The notes beneath the pieces are model-generated. The model was not told the origin of the DNA. It searched no databases and worked only from the letters and a program-made list of their open reading frames with translations. 64,000 bases of DNA from Candidatus Poribacteria bacterium (lineage in GTDB: Bacteria > Poribacteria > WGA-4E > WGA-3G). A program made the translations under genes and the position numbers. Where the stretch lies: contig OZ240248.1 of NCBI GenBank assembly GCA_965198235.1, forward strand, positions 448,001-512,000, in the 5' to 3' direction. Of this stretch, positions 38,271-47,959 are shown piece after piece (position 1 is the stretch's first letter; the number at the start of each line of letters is the position of its first letter).

Positions 38271-39323
38271 ATGAATTCTATGGCAAACAATATGTCTCTA
38301 TCAACACCACTGGACATTCGCCGCGGGGTTACAGATGTGGCAGATGTCGCTTTTCCGTTACGTTGGGGTATCCTCGGTGCTGGTAACATTTCGGCACAGT
38401 GGGTGTGGGCTCTACACGCCTGCGAAGGAGCAACTGTAGCCGCTGTGGCGGCACGGGAAATTGATCGAGCGAAAGAATTCGCGAGGCAGTATGGAGTCGC
38501 TACTGCTTACGGTGACTATAGGGAAATGGTCGCAGCCGATGACGTAGATATTATCTACATCGGCACGATCAACCGACTGCACAAGGAACATACCCTTCTC
38601 GCAATTGCGGCGGGCAAGCATGTGCTTTGCGAGAAGCCACTCACCGAGACCCTCTCCGATGCGCAAGAGATGTATGTAGCAGCCGAGGAGAAGGATGTGA
38701 TGATGCAGGACGGCATGTGGACCCGTTTTTTTCCTGCGGTGGAGCATGCTCGCGCCGCCATTGAGGCAGGCACGATTGGGGAGGTTGTGCTAACACAGTC
38801 CGATTTCTTCGACCCGATCTATACCATCCAAGCGGTACCCCTCGCCTTCGGTGCGTCAGCTGTGCCTGTAGCGATCACTGCCTTGGGCAATAGAGCCGGT
38901 GGCGCGATTGTGGATTACGGGGATGACAAGTACGCTGTACTGACATTTCCGCCGCGCAACTCTGAACTTCCAGAGGTGACAGAACTCGTCGGCACAGAGG
39001 GACGCATCACGCTTGAACGACCCGGACATTGCCCGACGCGTATTTCTATCCGAATTCCACCACCGAATGGCGTGCCTTCGCAATACAGGACACGAAACGC
39101 ACCTGCCCCGCTGCATTACTTTGAGTATCCGTTGCCAGGGTCTGTAGCGATGGCGAGATCCTCTCCCAATCAACACGGCTTTCTCTACCAAGCCGAAGCA
39201 GTCCACCGTTGCCTTGCTGCCGGTTTGCGTCAGTGTCCGCAATACGACAAAGAGGAGTCATTGCATTCGATGAACGTGTTGACGGAGATCAACAAAGCAA
39301 GACAAGTTGCGGCAGATCGTTAA
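38271..39323 (+). CDS. Gfo/Idh/MocA oxidoreductase (dihydrodiol dehydrogenase-like)
   Basis: LRWGILGAGNIS, GKHVLCEKP, MWTRFFP. Confidence 0.9.
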   Translation: MNSMANNMSLSTPLDIRRGVTDVADVAFPLRWGILGAGNISAQWVWALHACEGATVAAVAAREIDRAKEFARQYGVATAYGDYREMVAADDVDIIYIGTINRLHKEHTLLAIAAGKHVLCEKPLTETLSDAQEMYVAAEEKDVMMQDGMWTRFFPAVEHARAAIEAGTIGEVVLTQSDFFDPIYTIQAVPLAFGASAVPVAITALGNRAGGAIVDYGDDKYAVLTFPPRNSELPEVTELVGTEGRITLERPGHCPTRISIRIPPPNGVPSQYRTRNAPAPLHYFEYPLPGSVAMARSSPNQHGFLYQAEAVHRCLAAGLRQCPQYDKEESLHSMNVLTEINKARQVAADR

Positions 39324-39400
39324 TCGGATATCAGGCACCTCTTATGCTGTTTCGGTCTTCTGAGTTTCGTTCAACCCAACCTACGGCACTGATTATTTTT

Positions 39401-39652
39401 CTACCCACGCAGAGATTTTGCCGTCAGCGTGGGTCTCGGGGACCTCTGCCTGAAATCTCGCTTTCCTTGCCTCCCGATCGGTGTCCTCATCGAACAGAGC
39501 AAGTAAACTTTGATCGATTCCCACACATACATGCTTTTTCGTTCGTCGGGATTTTCAACCCATGCCGAAGAAGGCATGCGGGTGCCTCGGTATCTTGCGT
39601 TCGCAAAACTGCCAGCCGACTCCACGAAGGGTAGCGTTTTTCGTTGTGCCAT
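39401..39652 (-). CDS. Small hypothetical ORF or pseudogene
   Basis: AAAGGAGA RBS before ATG GCA CAA; 83 aa, no family recognised. Confidence 0.3.
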   Translation of the reverse strand: MAQRKTLPFVESAGSFANARYRGTRMPSSAWVENPDERKSMYVWESIKVYLLCSMRTPIGRQGKRDFRQRSPRPTLTAKSLRG

Positions 39653-39911
39653 GAGTGTTCTCCTTTGTGTTGGGAGAAAGAAGGGTTTGGTTCCCGGTAA
39701 CACGTTTTCTGACATGATACGATAGTCTCAATTCACTGTCAATAGCGAATTTGATGTAATTTTTGGGGTAGTCAAATCGCCTGAGATAAAAAAATATTGA
39801 CATTTTTGCGAATTTAAAGCATACTGGAGTTATACAAAATTAACCAGATATGCATTGTTTTCCTATTCGCTCTTTGTTTTAGTGGAGCGGCATGTTTATA
39901 GGAGGTGGACC

Positions 39912-40124
39912 ATGTTAAAAATTGTTGAAACAACAATCGATGCGCAGAGCACTGCGAAATTAACTCGACCCAATCGGTTGTCGAAACTCAGACGAGCATT
40001 TGGGACAATTTTCATGGAGGAACTCCGAGTTCCTGAAATCGCCTTGCTAAGTGAATTCGTGCTTACGCAAGACTGGCATTTTTCGGAGGAAGATGCTGCC
40101 CGGGCACACCTCCAGCCGGAATAA
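39912..40124 (+). pseudogene. Orphan/degenerate antitoxin-like protein (type usually upstream of MazF/PemK toxins)
   Basis: AGGAGG RBS; ALLSE..L..DW...EED.A.AHLQ tail; no toxin ORF follows. Confidence 0.55.
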
Positions 40125-40224
40125 CTCCCGGCTTATGCAAAAGAGTTCTCTGTAAATAAAGAAGTATTTTTCAGAATCGGCGCGCTTGCGAAGCGCGCCT
40201 AATTTATATTAAGGGTTCCTATAT

Positions 40225-41553
40225 ATGAGCAAACCAAATATAGTGTACATTCATTCACACGACACAGGTCGATATGTTCAACCTTACGGGCATGCGATCC
40301 CGACTCCGAACATCCAGAAACTTGCGGAAGAGGGTGTTGTATTTCGGAACGCATTTTGTGCAAATCCAACCTGTTCACCATCTCGCGCCGCACTCCTCAC
40401 CGGACAATGGGCACACAGTTGCGGTATGGGTGGTTTGGCAAACCGCGGTTGGAGCCTTCCGGTGCCAGAGCACCTCATCACCTACACCTTGAATCAGGCT
40501 GGATATACTACCGCCTTGGCAGGATTCCAGCATGTCGTCCGAGATCTTAAGGAGACGGGATACCAGCGACTTTTATCCGAAGGCACCGTGCGCGCGGGGG
40601 CAGAAGAACGCGCACGCGACTTCATCGCGGAGAAGCACGATGCTCCTTTCTTCTTAGATGTCGGGTTTGGTGAAACGCATCGCCGAGGGAAAGGGTTCGA
40701 TCCGCCACCGGATGGAGAATCCAAAACCGACCCGCGCTATGTGAAACCGCCTGCCCCGTTCCCCGACACGCCTGTCACCCGACAAGATATGGCGGAATAC
40801 ATAGATGCGGCTCGGACGCTTGATAGAAAAATGGGTGTGGTTTTTGACGCGTTGGAAGAGAATGGACTTGCTGAGAACACGCTTGTGATATGCACGACCG
40901 ATCACGGGCTCGCCTTCCCCCGCATGAAGTGCCATCTCAGCGACCACGGCATTGGTATAATGCTCATTGCCCGTGGTCCCGGTGGCTTTAGCGGAGGACA
41001 AGTTGTGGACGGGTTAGTTAGCCAGATTGACCTTTTCCCAACTATTTGTGAATTGGCAGGAATTGAAGCACCGGCGTGGCTCCAAGGAAATTCTGTTCTC
41101 CCATTAGTTCGCGGTGAGGCGGAAGATATCCGCGATGCTGTTTTCGCTGAAGTCAACTATCATTGCTGTTATGAACCGCAACGCGCGATCCGAACCAAGC
41201 GATGGAAATATATCCGCCGCTATGACGATGCGGAAAAATGGGCACTGCCGAACTGCGATGACAGCATTAGCAAGACTTTTATGCTGGAGCAAGGCTGGGA
41301 CGACCAACCTGTTGAATCAGAGCGGTTATACGATGTCGTGTTTGATTCGTCGGAGGCACATAACCTCGCGGGGAACCCCGATTATGCAGATGTTTTGGTG
41401 GAGATGCGAGATCGTTTGGCGCAGTGGCGGACGGAAACCGATGATCCGGTGAACGAAAATCAGATTATGGTGCCACCGGAAACGGCTGTACTGAACGACC
41501 CGACGGATATATCACCCGGTGATACGCATTATCCGGCACGTGAAATGGTATAG
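40225..41553 (+). CDS. Sulfatase (sulfamidase-like)
   Basis: PNIVYIHSHD, CSPSRAALLTG, TTDHG. Confidence 0.93.
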   Translation: MSKPNIVYIHSHDTGRYVQPYGHAIPTPNIQKLAEEGVVFRNAFCANPTCSPSRAALLTGQWAHSCGMGGLANRGWSLPVPEHLITYTLNQAGYTTALAGFQHVVRDLKETGYQRLLSEGTVRAGAEERARDFIAEKHDAPFFLDVGFGETHRRGKGFDPPPDGESKTDPRYVKPPAPFPDTPVTRQDMAEYIDAARTLDRKMGVVFDALEENGLAENTLVICTTDHGLAFPRMKCHLSDHGIGIMLIARGPGGFSGGQVVDGLVSQIDLFPTICELAGIEAPAWLQGNSVLPLVRGEAEDIRDAVFAEVNYHCCYEPQRAIRTKRWKYIRRYDDAEKWALPNCDDSISKTFMLEQGWDDQPVESERLYDVVFDSSEAHNLAGNPDYADVLVEMRDRLAQWRTETDDPVNENQIMVPPETAVLNDPTDISPGDTHYPAREMV

Positions 41554-41590
41554 GGTTTAGAACCCCGATTAATGTCGTTGGTGAGGTTTC

Positions 41591-41718
41591 ATGAAGATAA
41601 AAAAATAATTCGGTAATTGACGGGAGACCATGAATTGCCCTACTACAAACGAAGTTGCTTGTAGTCGTGCTATTTATAGTACGTTCGGAAATTATCCGAT
41701 TAAATTCTTAAACTTCAT
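41591..41718. mobile_element. 128-bp TIR mini-element inserted in a GCGAGGTTTC/CTAACCTCGC REP and containing two GTAG REPs
   Basis: ATGAAGATAAAAAAATAATTCGGTAATT ... AATTATCCGATTAAATTCTTAAACTTCAT imperfect inverted ends, flanked by GGTGAGGTTTC and CTAACCTCGCCAG. Confidence 0.7.
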
Positions 41719-41825
41719 CTAACCTCGCCAGAATCGAATGTAGGTTGGCTTCAATTAGAAGTGAACTCAACTCGGCACCGATAGAAATCTAAAAACGGAT
41801 GTTTGTATCTGCCCGTTGCTGTTTT

Positions 41826-42461
41826 TCAAATTCGGTTTCCAACCCACAACGCGCCGCGGCAGATAACTTTCTGAAAACTCGGATTCTCAAGAACTGCCAT
41901 ATCGTGTCCAAGAGCGAAGTAGAACACTCTGCCCTCGCCATACGTATGGTGAAATGCCATGACATGCGTCTCATCTTTTGTCTCGTCATACGCGTGCATG
42001 AGATGGTGTGATGTATCGGGATTGTGCTTTAGATAATAGAGTTCATCCGTCACCCCAAAATCGGCTAATCCTTCGGTAATCGGATGCTCGGTATCGCTCA
42101 CATTAACGGTGAAGTCCATATAGGGGCTGTGTCCATCAAAGAACCCGTTGAGCATACCGTGGTAGCCTTCAGCTTCTCTGAATGAAGCAGCTGCAGTGTG
42201 TAATCCAAAAAACCCGCCGCCCGTTTGGATATAGGTAAGTAGACCGGTTTCTTGTGCTCCTGTGAGTTCCCCGACATCGGTGTAGAAGAGCACGGTGTCG
42301 TATCTGTCAAGTCCATTGGCAAGCAGGTCGTAGTCTTGCGAGAAATCGGCTTCAATATTATCGGTGTCATTGAGCATCGCTGTCAAGAATTGTCCGTTCC
42401 CGGCATGATCGTGGTAAATCCCTTCTGTCCCGACAAATATGAGCAGTTTAAGAGTCTCCAT
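41826..42461 (-). CDS. ThuA-like (trehalose utilisation) domain protein
   Basis: YHDH, GGGFFGLHTA, HPITEGL..F...DELY, YGEGRVFYFALGH; alternative TTG start at 42497. Confidence 0.9.
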   Translation of the reverse strand: METLKLLIFVGTEGIYHDHAGNGQFLTAMLNDTDNIEADFSQDYDLLANGLDRYDTVLFYTDVGELTGAQETGLLTYIQTGGGFFGLHTAAASFREAEGYHGMLNGFFDGHSPYMDFTVNVSDTEHPITEGLADFGVTDELYYLKHNPDTSHHLMHAYDETKDETHVMAFHHTYGEGRVFYFALGHDMAVLENPSFQKVICRGALWVGNRI

Positions 42462-42507
42462 TTTGGCGTAGCTTGCAAGCCAAAACTTGCTATGCAAACT
42501 TCCTCCT

Positions 42508-43539
42508 TTAATTGTTAGGTTGCACGAGAACTTTGACAGACCCGTGCTCATCACGACCGGCCGCGACCGCGAACGCTTGTGTAATGTCATCCAGGTTAAA
42601 CCGATGCGTGATCAGTGGATTCGGGTCGAGTTTGCCAGCAGCAAGTAAGTCGATGGCAACTTGGAACTCCGTTTTCCCACCCCGTCTGCCGTAACAGAAC
42701 GACCAGATCACTGTGAGTTCTCTACTCCGTGCGAACCGTTCTGAAAAGGAGAGCGGGGTACGATGCCCGCCTACCATACAAACGCGTCCTCGTTTCGCTG
42801 CGATCTCTGTCGCCTGTCCCAGCGTATTCGCGCTCCCACCAACTGCCTCAAAGACAACATCCGCCCCTCTGCCATCGCTCCAATCCTTGATAGCCTCGAC
42901 AGCATCCGTCTTATCTACGTTGATAGGCACGGCTCCGACTGCCTCGTGTGCGATCTGTATCGGACCCTCCGGCTTGCCCAACATGGCGATGGAGGTCGCC
43001 CCGGCGACATCTGCTACCTGAGCGATCGTCAACCCAACGGGACCGCTTCCGATAATGGCGACATGATCCCCAGGTGATACCATTGCTCTGTTGACGGCAT
43101 GGACTGCGACTGCGTAAACCTCTGCTAATGCGCCACCCTCAGATGATACACTGTCCGGCAATGTGTACACGTTTGGCGTACGGGCGACCATAAACTCCGC
43201 AAAGCCGCCGCCCGCGTGCCGCAGGTTCCCACAGATATTGTAATAGCCATTGAAGCATTCAGGACAGTTGTTACACGGAGTGATCGGTTCAACCGCTACG
43301 CGAGTACCTCTTTCATGCTCTGTAACGCCTCTGCCTATGTCGATAATCTCTCCTGTTAATTCATGTCCACCAATGCGTGGAGATAGAGGCTTCTCTGGTT
43401 GATGATGGTACCCGTGCAGATCGCTACCACAGATCCCTGTTGCTTCTATTTGTACCAACACTTGTCCCTCTTCAGGTGTTGGATCCGGTACCGTTTCGAC
43501 CCTTATGTCTTTTCCACCGTAAAATTGAGCAGCTTTCAC
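42508..43539 (-). CDS. Zinc-dependent alcohol dehydrogenase (MDR family)
   Basis: GICGSDLH, GHELTG, CNNCPEC..G.YNIC, GSGPVGL. Confidence 0.93.
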   Translation of the reverse strand: MKAAQFYGGKDIRVETVPDPTPEEGQVLVQIEATGICGSDLHGYHHQPEKPLSPRIGGHELTGEIIDIGRGVTEHERGTRVAVEPITPCNNCPECFNGYYNICGNLRHAGGGFAEFMVARTPNVYTLPDSVSSEGGALAEVYAVAVHAVNRAMVSPGDHVAIIGSGPVGLTIAQVADVAGATSIAMLGKPEGPIQIAHEAVGAVPINVDKTDAVEAIKDWSDGRGADVVFEAVGGSANTLGQATEIAAKRGRVCMVGGHRTPLSFSERFARSRELTVIWSFCYGRRGGKTEFQVAIDLLAAGKLDPNPLITHRFNLDDITQAFAVAAGRDEHGSVKVLVQPNN

Positions 43540-43800
43540 AATAGTCTCCTCAAATATAATAGTCTGTTTGAAATATAGCACAGAATCGGAATTGTGTCAA
43601 TACCAACTTTGCTGGAGCGTCCTCACTTTGGAGGTTTCCTAACCTTGTCAATCTTCCTTAAAAGATGTATCGAAAGATGTCGTAAGTACAGAGAAAGGTA
43701 AGTCCAATATGTAACCCTATTGGCTGAGAGATTGGAAATTTCGCTTGACTTCTAAAGGAGAAATGGATAAAATCAATAAAATACAATATCTAATGAGGGG

Positions 43801-44865
43801 ATGAAAATGAGAACAATTAAATTAGGTTTGATTGGGGCGGGTGGTATCTCGGGGGCACACTGTCGAACGCTTGCTGAGATTGACGGTGCTGAGATTATCG
43901 CTGCTGCCGACCTTGTCCCTGCAAACCTGGAACGTGCGCAAGAACAGTGGGGCATCAAGCGTACGTTCACTGATTACAACGAAATGCTCAAAATGGACGA
44001 GATTGAGGCGGTGTATGTCTGTACCCCCACTGGCGTGCATGCGGCACCTACCGTCGCCGCGCTGAACGCTGGCAAACATGTTTTCTGCGAGAAGCCGATG
44101 GAAGCGACGTTGGACGCTGCCGCTTCAATGTGGCGTGCCGCAAAAGAAAACGATAAAATCCTCATGGTCGGTTTGAAACTCCGGTATTCACCAGAGGTCG
44201 TTAAAGCGAAAGAGATTGTTGATGCTGGCACCCTTGGTGATATTTACTACGTCGAAACGGTTGCTGATAGACGACGAGGGAATCCGGGTGGCAGTTTTAT
44301 CCGTAAGGCGACAGCCGGTTTAGGCGCGTCTGCAGACATTGGTGTTTACGCACTGGATACCGCTCTCTATCTGATGGGACATCCCAAGCCTGTAGCGGTC
44401 TCTGGTATTACCTCTAACTATCTAAGCCTCCACAACACGTGGAATCCTGCGCTCCGTGAGACCGAAGTTGAAGATTTCGGTGTCGGCTGGGTGGTTTTCG
44501 AGAACGGTGCGCGCATGGTCTTCAAAACGTGCTGGTGCATGAACATGGATTCGCTCGGCGGGACGATTTTCCTTGGTAAAAAAGCAGGACTCCGCCTTGG
44601 TATTGGCGAAGTCCGCGGGCCGCAGGACGGTGTACGCGTCTATGGCGACAAAAACGGTGAAATTTTTGACCAAGAGTTCACCGAGTTTGAATCGGTGAGT
44701 GTATTCCATGAGGAAGATACGGCGTTTATTGACGCTGTCCGTGAAGGAAAACCTGCACCGATCGATCCTTACGGTGTGATGCTCACGAACGTTATCATCC
44801 AAGGCGTTATCGATTCTTCAAATGCCGGCGGACGCGAAGTCGCAGTGAAGGTGCCGACCTTGTAA
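43801..44865 (+). CDS. Gfo/Idh/MocA family oxidoreductase
   Basis: LGLIGAGGIS, GKHVFCEKP, DIGVYALD. Confidence 0.92.
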   Translation: MKMRTIKLGLIGAGGISGAHCRTLAEIDGAEIIAAADLVPANLERAQEQWGIKRTFTDYNEMLKMDEIEAVYVCTPTGVHAAPTVAALNAGKHVFCEKPMEATLDAAASMWRAAKENDKILMVGLKLRYSPEVVKAKEIVDAGTLGDIYYVETVADRRRGNPGGSFIRKATAGLGASADIGVYALDTALYLMGHPKPVAVSGITSNYLSLHNTWNPALRETEVEDFGVGWVVFENGARMVFKTCWCMNMDSLGGTIFLGKKAGLRLGIGEVRGPQDGVRVYGDKNGEIFDQEFTEFESVSVFHEEDTAFIDAVREGKPAPIDPYGVMLTNVIIQGVIDSSNAGGREVAVKVPTL

Positions 44866-45091
44866 TATTGTTGGGCGAGGTCTTCGTGTCTTGCTTCCTC
44901 GTCCGGTATTTGTTGGACTATCCTTTTTCACCCTTGCAGACTCTATATGTACGGATGTACGAAAATAGTGAGACGAGGTTTGCAAGCCGATATTCAACCG
45001 TAACCCACGCTTTGGCGTGGAATACTGCAAGCTTGTTCCTTTTCATGTAACAGGCGAGATATTTCCCGTAGAAGCGCGGAGGTCCTTCAGA

Positions 45092-46183
45092 ATGAAATTT
45101 ATTGAGATTGCAGGTAAGAAAATCAAATTAGGATCTCGACTGGCGCGGTTATACGCGCTCTTCATAGATTTTACCTGCCTATCTGTCATCCAAATAATTT
45201 CGCTCTGTTTGATGCGGCTGATAGCACATATTATTTCTCCGTCAATGTGGGATCGTCCGGAAGGTGCTTGGCAAGGCTTCATATTAGGAACTTTCGTTTT
45301 TAGCAGCTTGGCTTTGTGGGCATTCGGTTTGCTTTTCATAGATGGTTTCAGGAAGGGGCAAGGGTTAGGAAAGAAACTGCTGTCCTTACAGGTGATTCGC
45401 TTGAAAGACGGCAAACCGTGTACTTTCAAAGATGCTTTCATTCGCCGGTTCGCAGGCATCTTTCAACCGCTGGATTTTTTCTGGACCCTCGGTAAAAAAC
45501 GGCAACGGTTGGGTGATAAGTTGGCAGAGACGGTAGTGGTGAAACATGAGCCGGAACTGGAACAGACTGAAGCTGAAACCGAAGATCTTGAGCAGATTTT
45601 AGAAAATACTATCGTTGAGATGAAAAACCGGCTTTCAGAAGCGCGCGGAAAGGTTAATGCTTCTATCAGTGTTGAAAAGCAATTTCAGGATACTTATGAA
45701 AGTGCTGTTTCCCAAGCGGAGCGGTGGCAAGAGCGCGCACTTATTTCCCTTAAAGCCGGACGTGAGGATTTAGCACGCGAAGACTTGGAAAAACGAAACG
45801 AGTACAGGCGGTTAGCAGATAAACACAAAAAGCAATGGGAAGACCAGAAACAGATTGTCCAAGAACTTAGCAACCTTCTTGAGCATTTCCAACAGAAAAT
45901 GATGGAGGCGGAAGGAGAGAAAGCCGCCGTCGTAGCGAAACACAGGAACATTGATGCCGAAGCACATCTCCGCGAGATGCTGAAAGAGATACAGGACAGT
46001 AAAGCATTTGAAACGCTTGCGAAGATGGATCAAGACGCGACTGAGGCAGCCACTTTGGCAAAAACGGCGGCTGAGGTGGATGTCGCATATCAGGATGCGA
46101 AATTGGAGCGCGAATTTTCGAGTTATGCTGAAGAGGCATCGCTTGACAAGGACCTCACTGAATTAAAGGCGAAATTACAGTAG
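45092..46183 (+). CDS. RDD membrane domain fused to PspA/IM30 coiled coil
   Basis: RLYALFIDF, GQGLGKKLL.L.V, A.IR, RQRLGDKLAETVVV; then ED.EQILE..I.EM, W..RA..SL.AGREDLAREDL, LDKDLTELKAKL. Confidence 0.85.
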   Translation: MKFIEIAGKKIKLGSRLARLYALFIDFTCLSVIQIISLCLMRLIAHIISPSMWDRPEGAWQGFILGTFVFSSLALWAFGLLFIDGFRKGQGLGKKLLSLQVIRLKDGKPCTFKDAFIRRFAGIFQPLDFFWTLGKKRQRLGDKLAETVVVKHEPELEQTEAETEDLEQILENTIVEMKNRLSEARGKVNASISVEKQFQDTYESAVSQAERWQERALISLKAGREDLAREDLEKRNEYRRLADKHKKQWEDQKQIVQELSNLLEHFQQKMMEAEGEKAAVVAKHRNIDAEAHLREMLKEIQDSKAFETLAKMDQDATEAATLAKTAAEVDVAYQDAKLEREFSSYAEEASLDKDLTELKAKLQ

Positions 46184-46221
46184 GCGTGATCTATAATCGC
46201 CAGACCCTTTCAGGAATTATA

Positions 46222-47694
46222 ATGGATATATACAGTTCTCCAAATATTGTCTTTATCATGGCAGACGATATGGGATACGGTGATGTCGGTTGCTATAACC
46301 CCGATTCAAAGATTCCGACCCCGAATATGGATAAACTTGCGCAGGAGGGAATCCGCTTCACCGATGCGCACTCCCCCTCTGCAGTCTGTACGCCGACACG
46401 ATACGGGGTTTTAACGGGACGGTACTGCTGGCGAAGCCGCCTCAAACACGGCGTGCTTTACGGGTACGAGACACCCCTTATCGAACCTGACCGCTTAACA
46501 GTTCCTCAATTACTGAAAGATGCGGGTTACAATACTGCATGCGTGGGTAAGTGGCATTTGGGTCTCGGATTTTCGACGGTTCCCGGATACGATTTCGATT
46601 TCAATGCGCCGCTGCCGTGGCAGAACGCAGAACGTGAATTGGAAGAACATATCGACTTCACAGCACCATTAACCGGCGGTCCAGTAGATCTCGGCTTTGA
46701 CTATTTCTATGGAAACGCCGGTTGCCCGACCTGCCAACCCCCTTACGGCTTCATTGAGAACGATACGTTTGTCGAGATTCCGAGCGTCTATCATGAGGTG
46801 CCAGAGTTTACGAGCCGCCGTGGAATGATGGTCCCAGAATGGGAGCACAAAGATGCTGATCCGATTATCGCGCAGAAGGCGGTTGAATATATTGAGAGAC
46901 AATCCGATGCCGACACCCCTTTCTTCCTCTATCTGACTCCGTCCGCGCCACATGAACCTTGTACAGAAGCGGTCGTTCCAGATTTCGCACGTGGCAAAAG
47001 TAGTGCTGGTCCGCGCGGGGATTTGGTGTGGCTTGTCGATTGGATGGTAGGTGAGGTAATGGATGCGTTAGAACGTACCGGTAAAACCGATGAAACGCTT
47101 ATCTTCGTCACAAGTGATAACGGCGCATTGCCCGGCGACCGAATCCAAGGCGACAATAGTCCAATGCCGTATCACCTCTATGACCATAAGTCATGCAGCG
47201 ACTGGCGCGGCTACAAGGCGCATATCTGGGAAGGTGGACATCGTGAACCTTTGATTGCGCGCTGGCCCGGAGTTATCGCACCAAACACGCAAACCGACGC
47301 ATTAACTTGTCTCACGGACCTGATGGCGACGTGTGCCGCTATTGTTGGGACAGAAGTCCCCGACGATGCGGGACAGGACAGTTGTAATGTCTTGCCTGCG
47401 CTGTTAGATGAAAAGACAGAGAACCCCTTGCGGGAGGCTATCGTACATCACTCCAGTACCGGTGTTTTTTCTATCCGTCACGGCGCGTGGAAGTTGATTC
47501 TGGGAACGCAAGGTTCAGGTGGGTGGCCTCCACCGCGCGATGGAGGTCCGAAATCGGATGTCCCAGGGCAATTGTATCAGATTTACGAGGATCCGGGTGA
47601 AGCAAACAATGTATGGGAAATATATCCAGAGATTGTGGAACGCCTGACGGGGTTGCTGGAAAAATTTCAGCGAGATGGACACAGTCGGATGTGA
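46222..47694 (+). CDS. Arylsulfatase
   Basis: PNIVFIMADDMGYGD, CTPTRYGVLTG, GKWHLG, SDNG. Confidence 0.94.
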   Translation: MDIYSSPNIVFIMADDMGYGDVGCYNPDSKIPTPNMDKLAQEGIRFTDAHSPSAVCTPTRYGVLTGRYCWRSRLKHGVLYGYETPLIEPDRLTVPQLLKDAGYNTACVGKWHLGLGFSTVPGYDFDFNAPLPWQNAERELEEHIDFTAPLTGGPVDLGFDYFYGNAGCPTCQPPYGFIENDTFVEIPSVYHEVPEFTSRRGMMVPEWEHKDADPIIAQKAVEYIERQSDADTPFFLYLTPSAPHEPCTEAVVPDFARGKSSAGPRGDLVWLVDWMVGEVMDALERTGKTDETLIFVTSDNGALPGDRIQGDNSPMPYHLYDHKSCSDWRGYKAHIWEGGHREPLIARWPGVIAPNTQTDALTCLTDLMATCAAIVGTEVPDDAGQDSCNVLPALLDEKTENPLREAIVHHSSTGVFSIRHGAWKLILGTQGSGGWPPPRDGGPKSDVPGQLYQIYEDPGEANNVWEIYPEIVERLTGLLEKFQRDGHSRM

Positions 47695-47711
47695 GTATTC
47701 TACACAGATGT

Positions 47712-47811
47712 TGAAGAAATCCACAGAAATACCCAAGCAATACGCAGAAATCCGCAGAAATCCGCAGAAACACCCAAGCAAAAACCCCTATCAAAAACCC
47801 CAAGCAAAAAC
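47712..47811. repeat. 100-bp stuttered array of AGAAATCCGC / CCCAAGCAAAAAC units
   Basis: Same motif as inserts at 1563-1585, 7079-7146 and 9561-9582. Confidence 0.92.
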
Positions 47812-47959
47812 CCCCGCTGGGGCTTAGCGGAATTATACTTTCAAATCAACGAAAAGTCAAACTAAAGTCCAGAGAACGCAACCAAACCCGTATCTATTGG
47901 ACAAGGTCCCCGTGCCTTAGTCCAATAAACTTTATGAGATAGTTTGAGGAACAAAGACT

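Noticed and set aside
39390-39803. Possible selenoprotein by TGA read-through at 39555
   Set aside because: No redox-motif context, no convincing SECIS hairpin and no credible start in that frame.
44871-44908. GGCGAGGT-CTTCGTGTCTTGCTT-CCTCGTCC as a fifth templated insertion
   Set aside because: The loop shares only TTGCTT with the motif and lacks the fixed GTTTTTG start; too weak to count.
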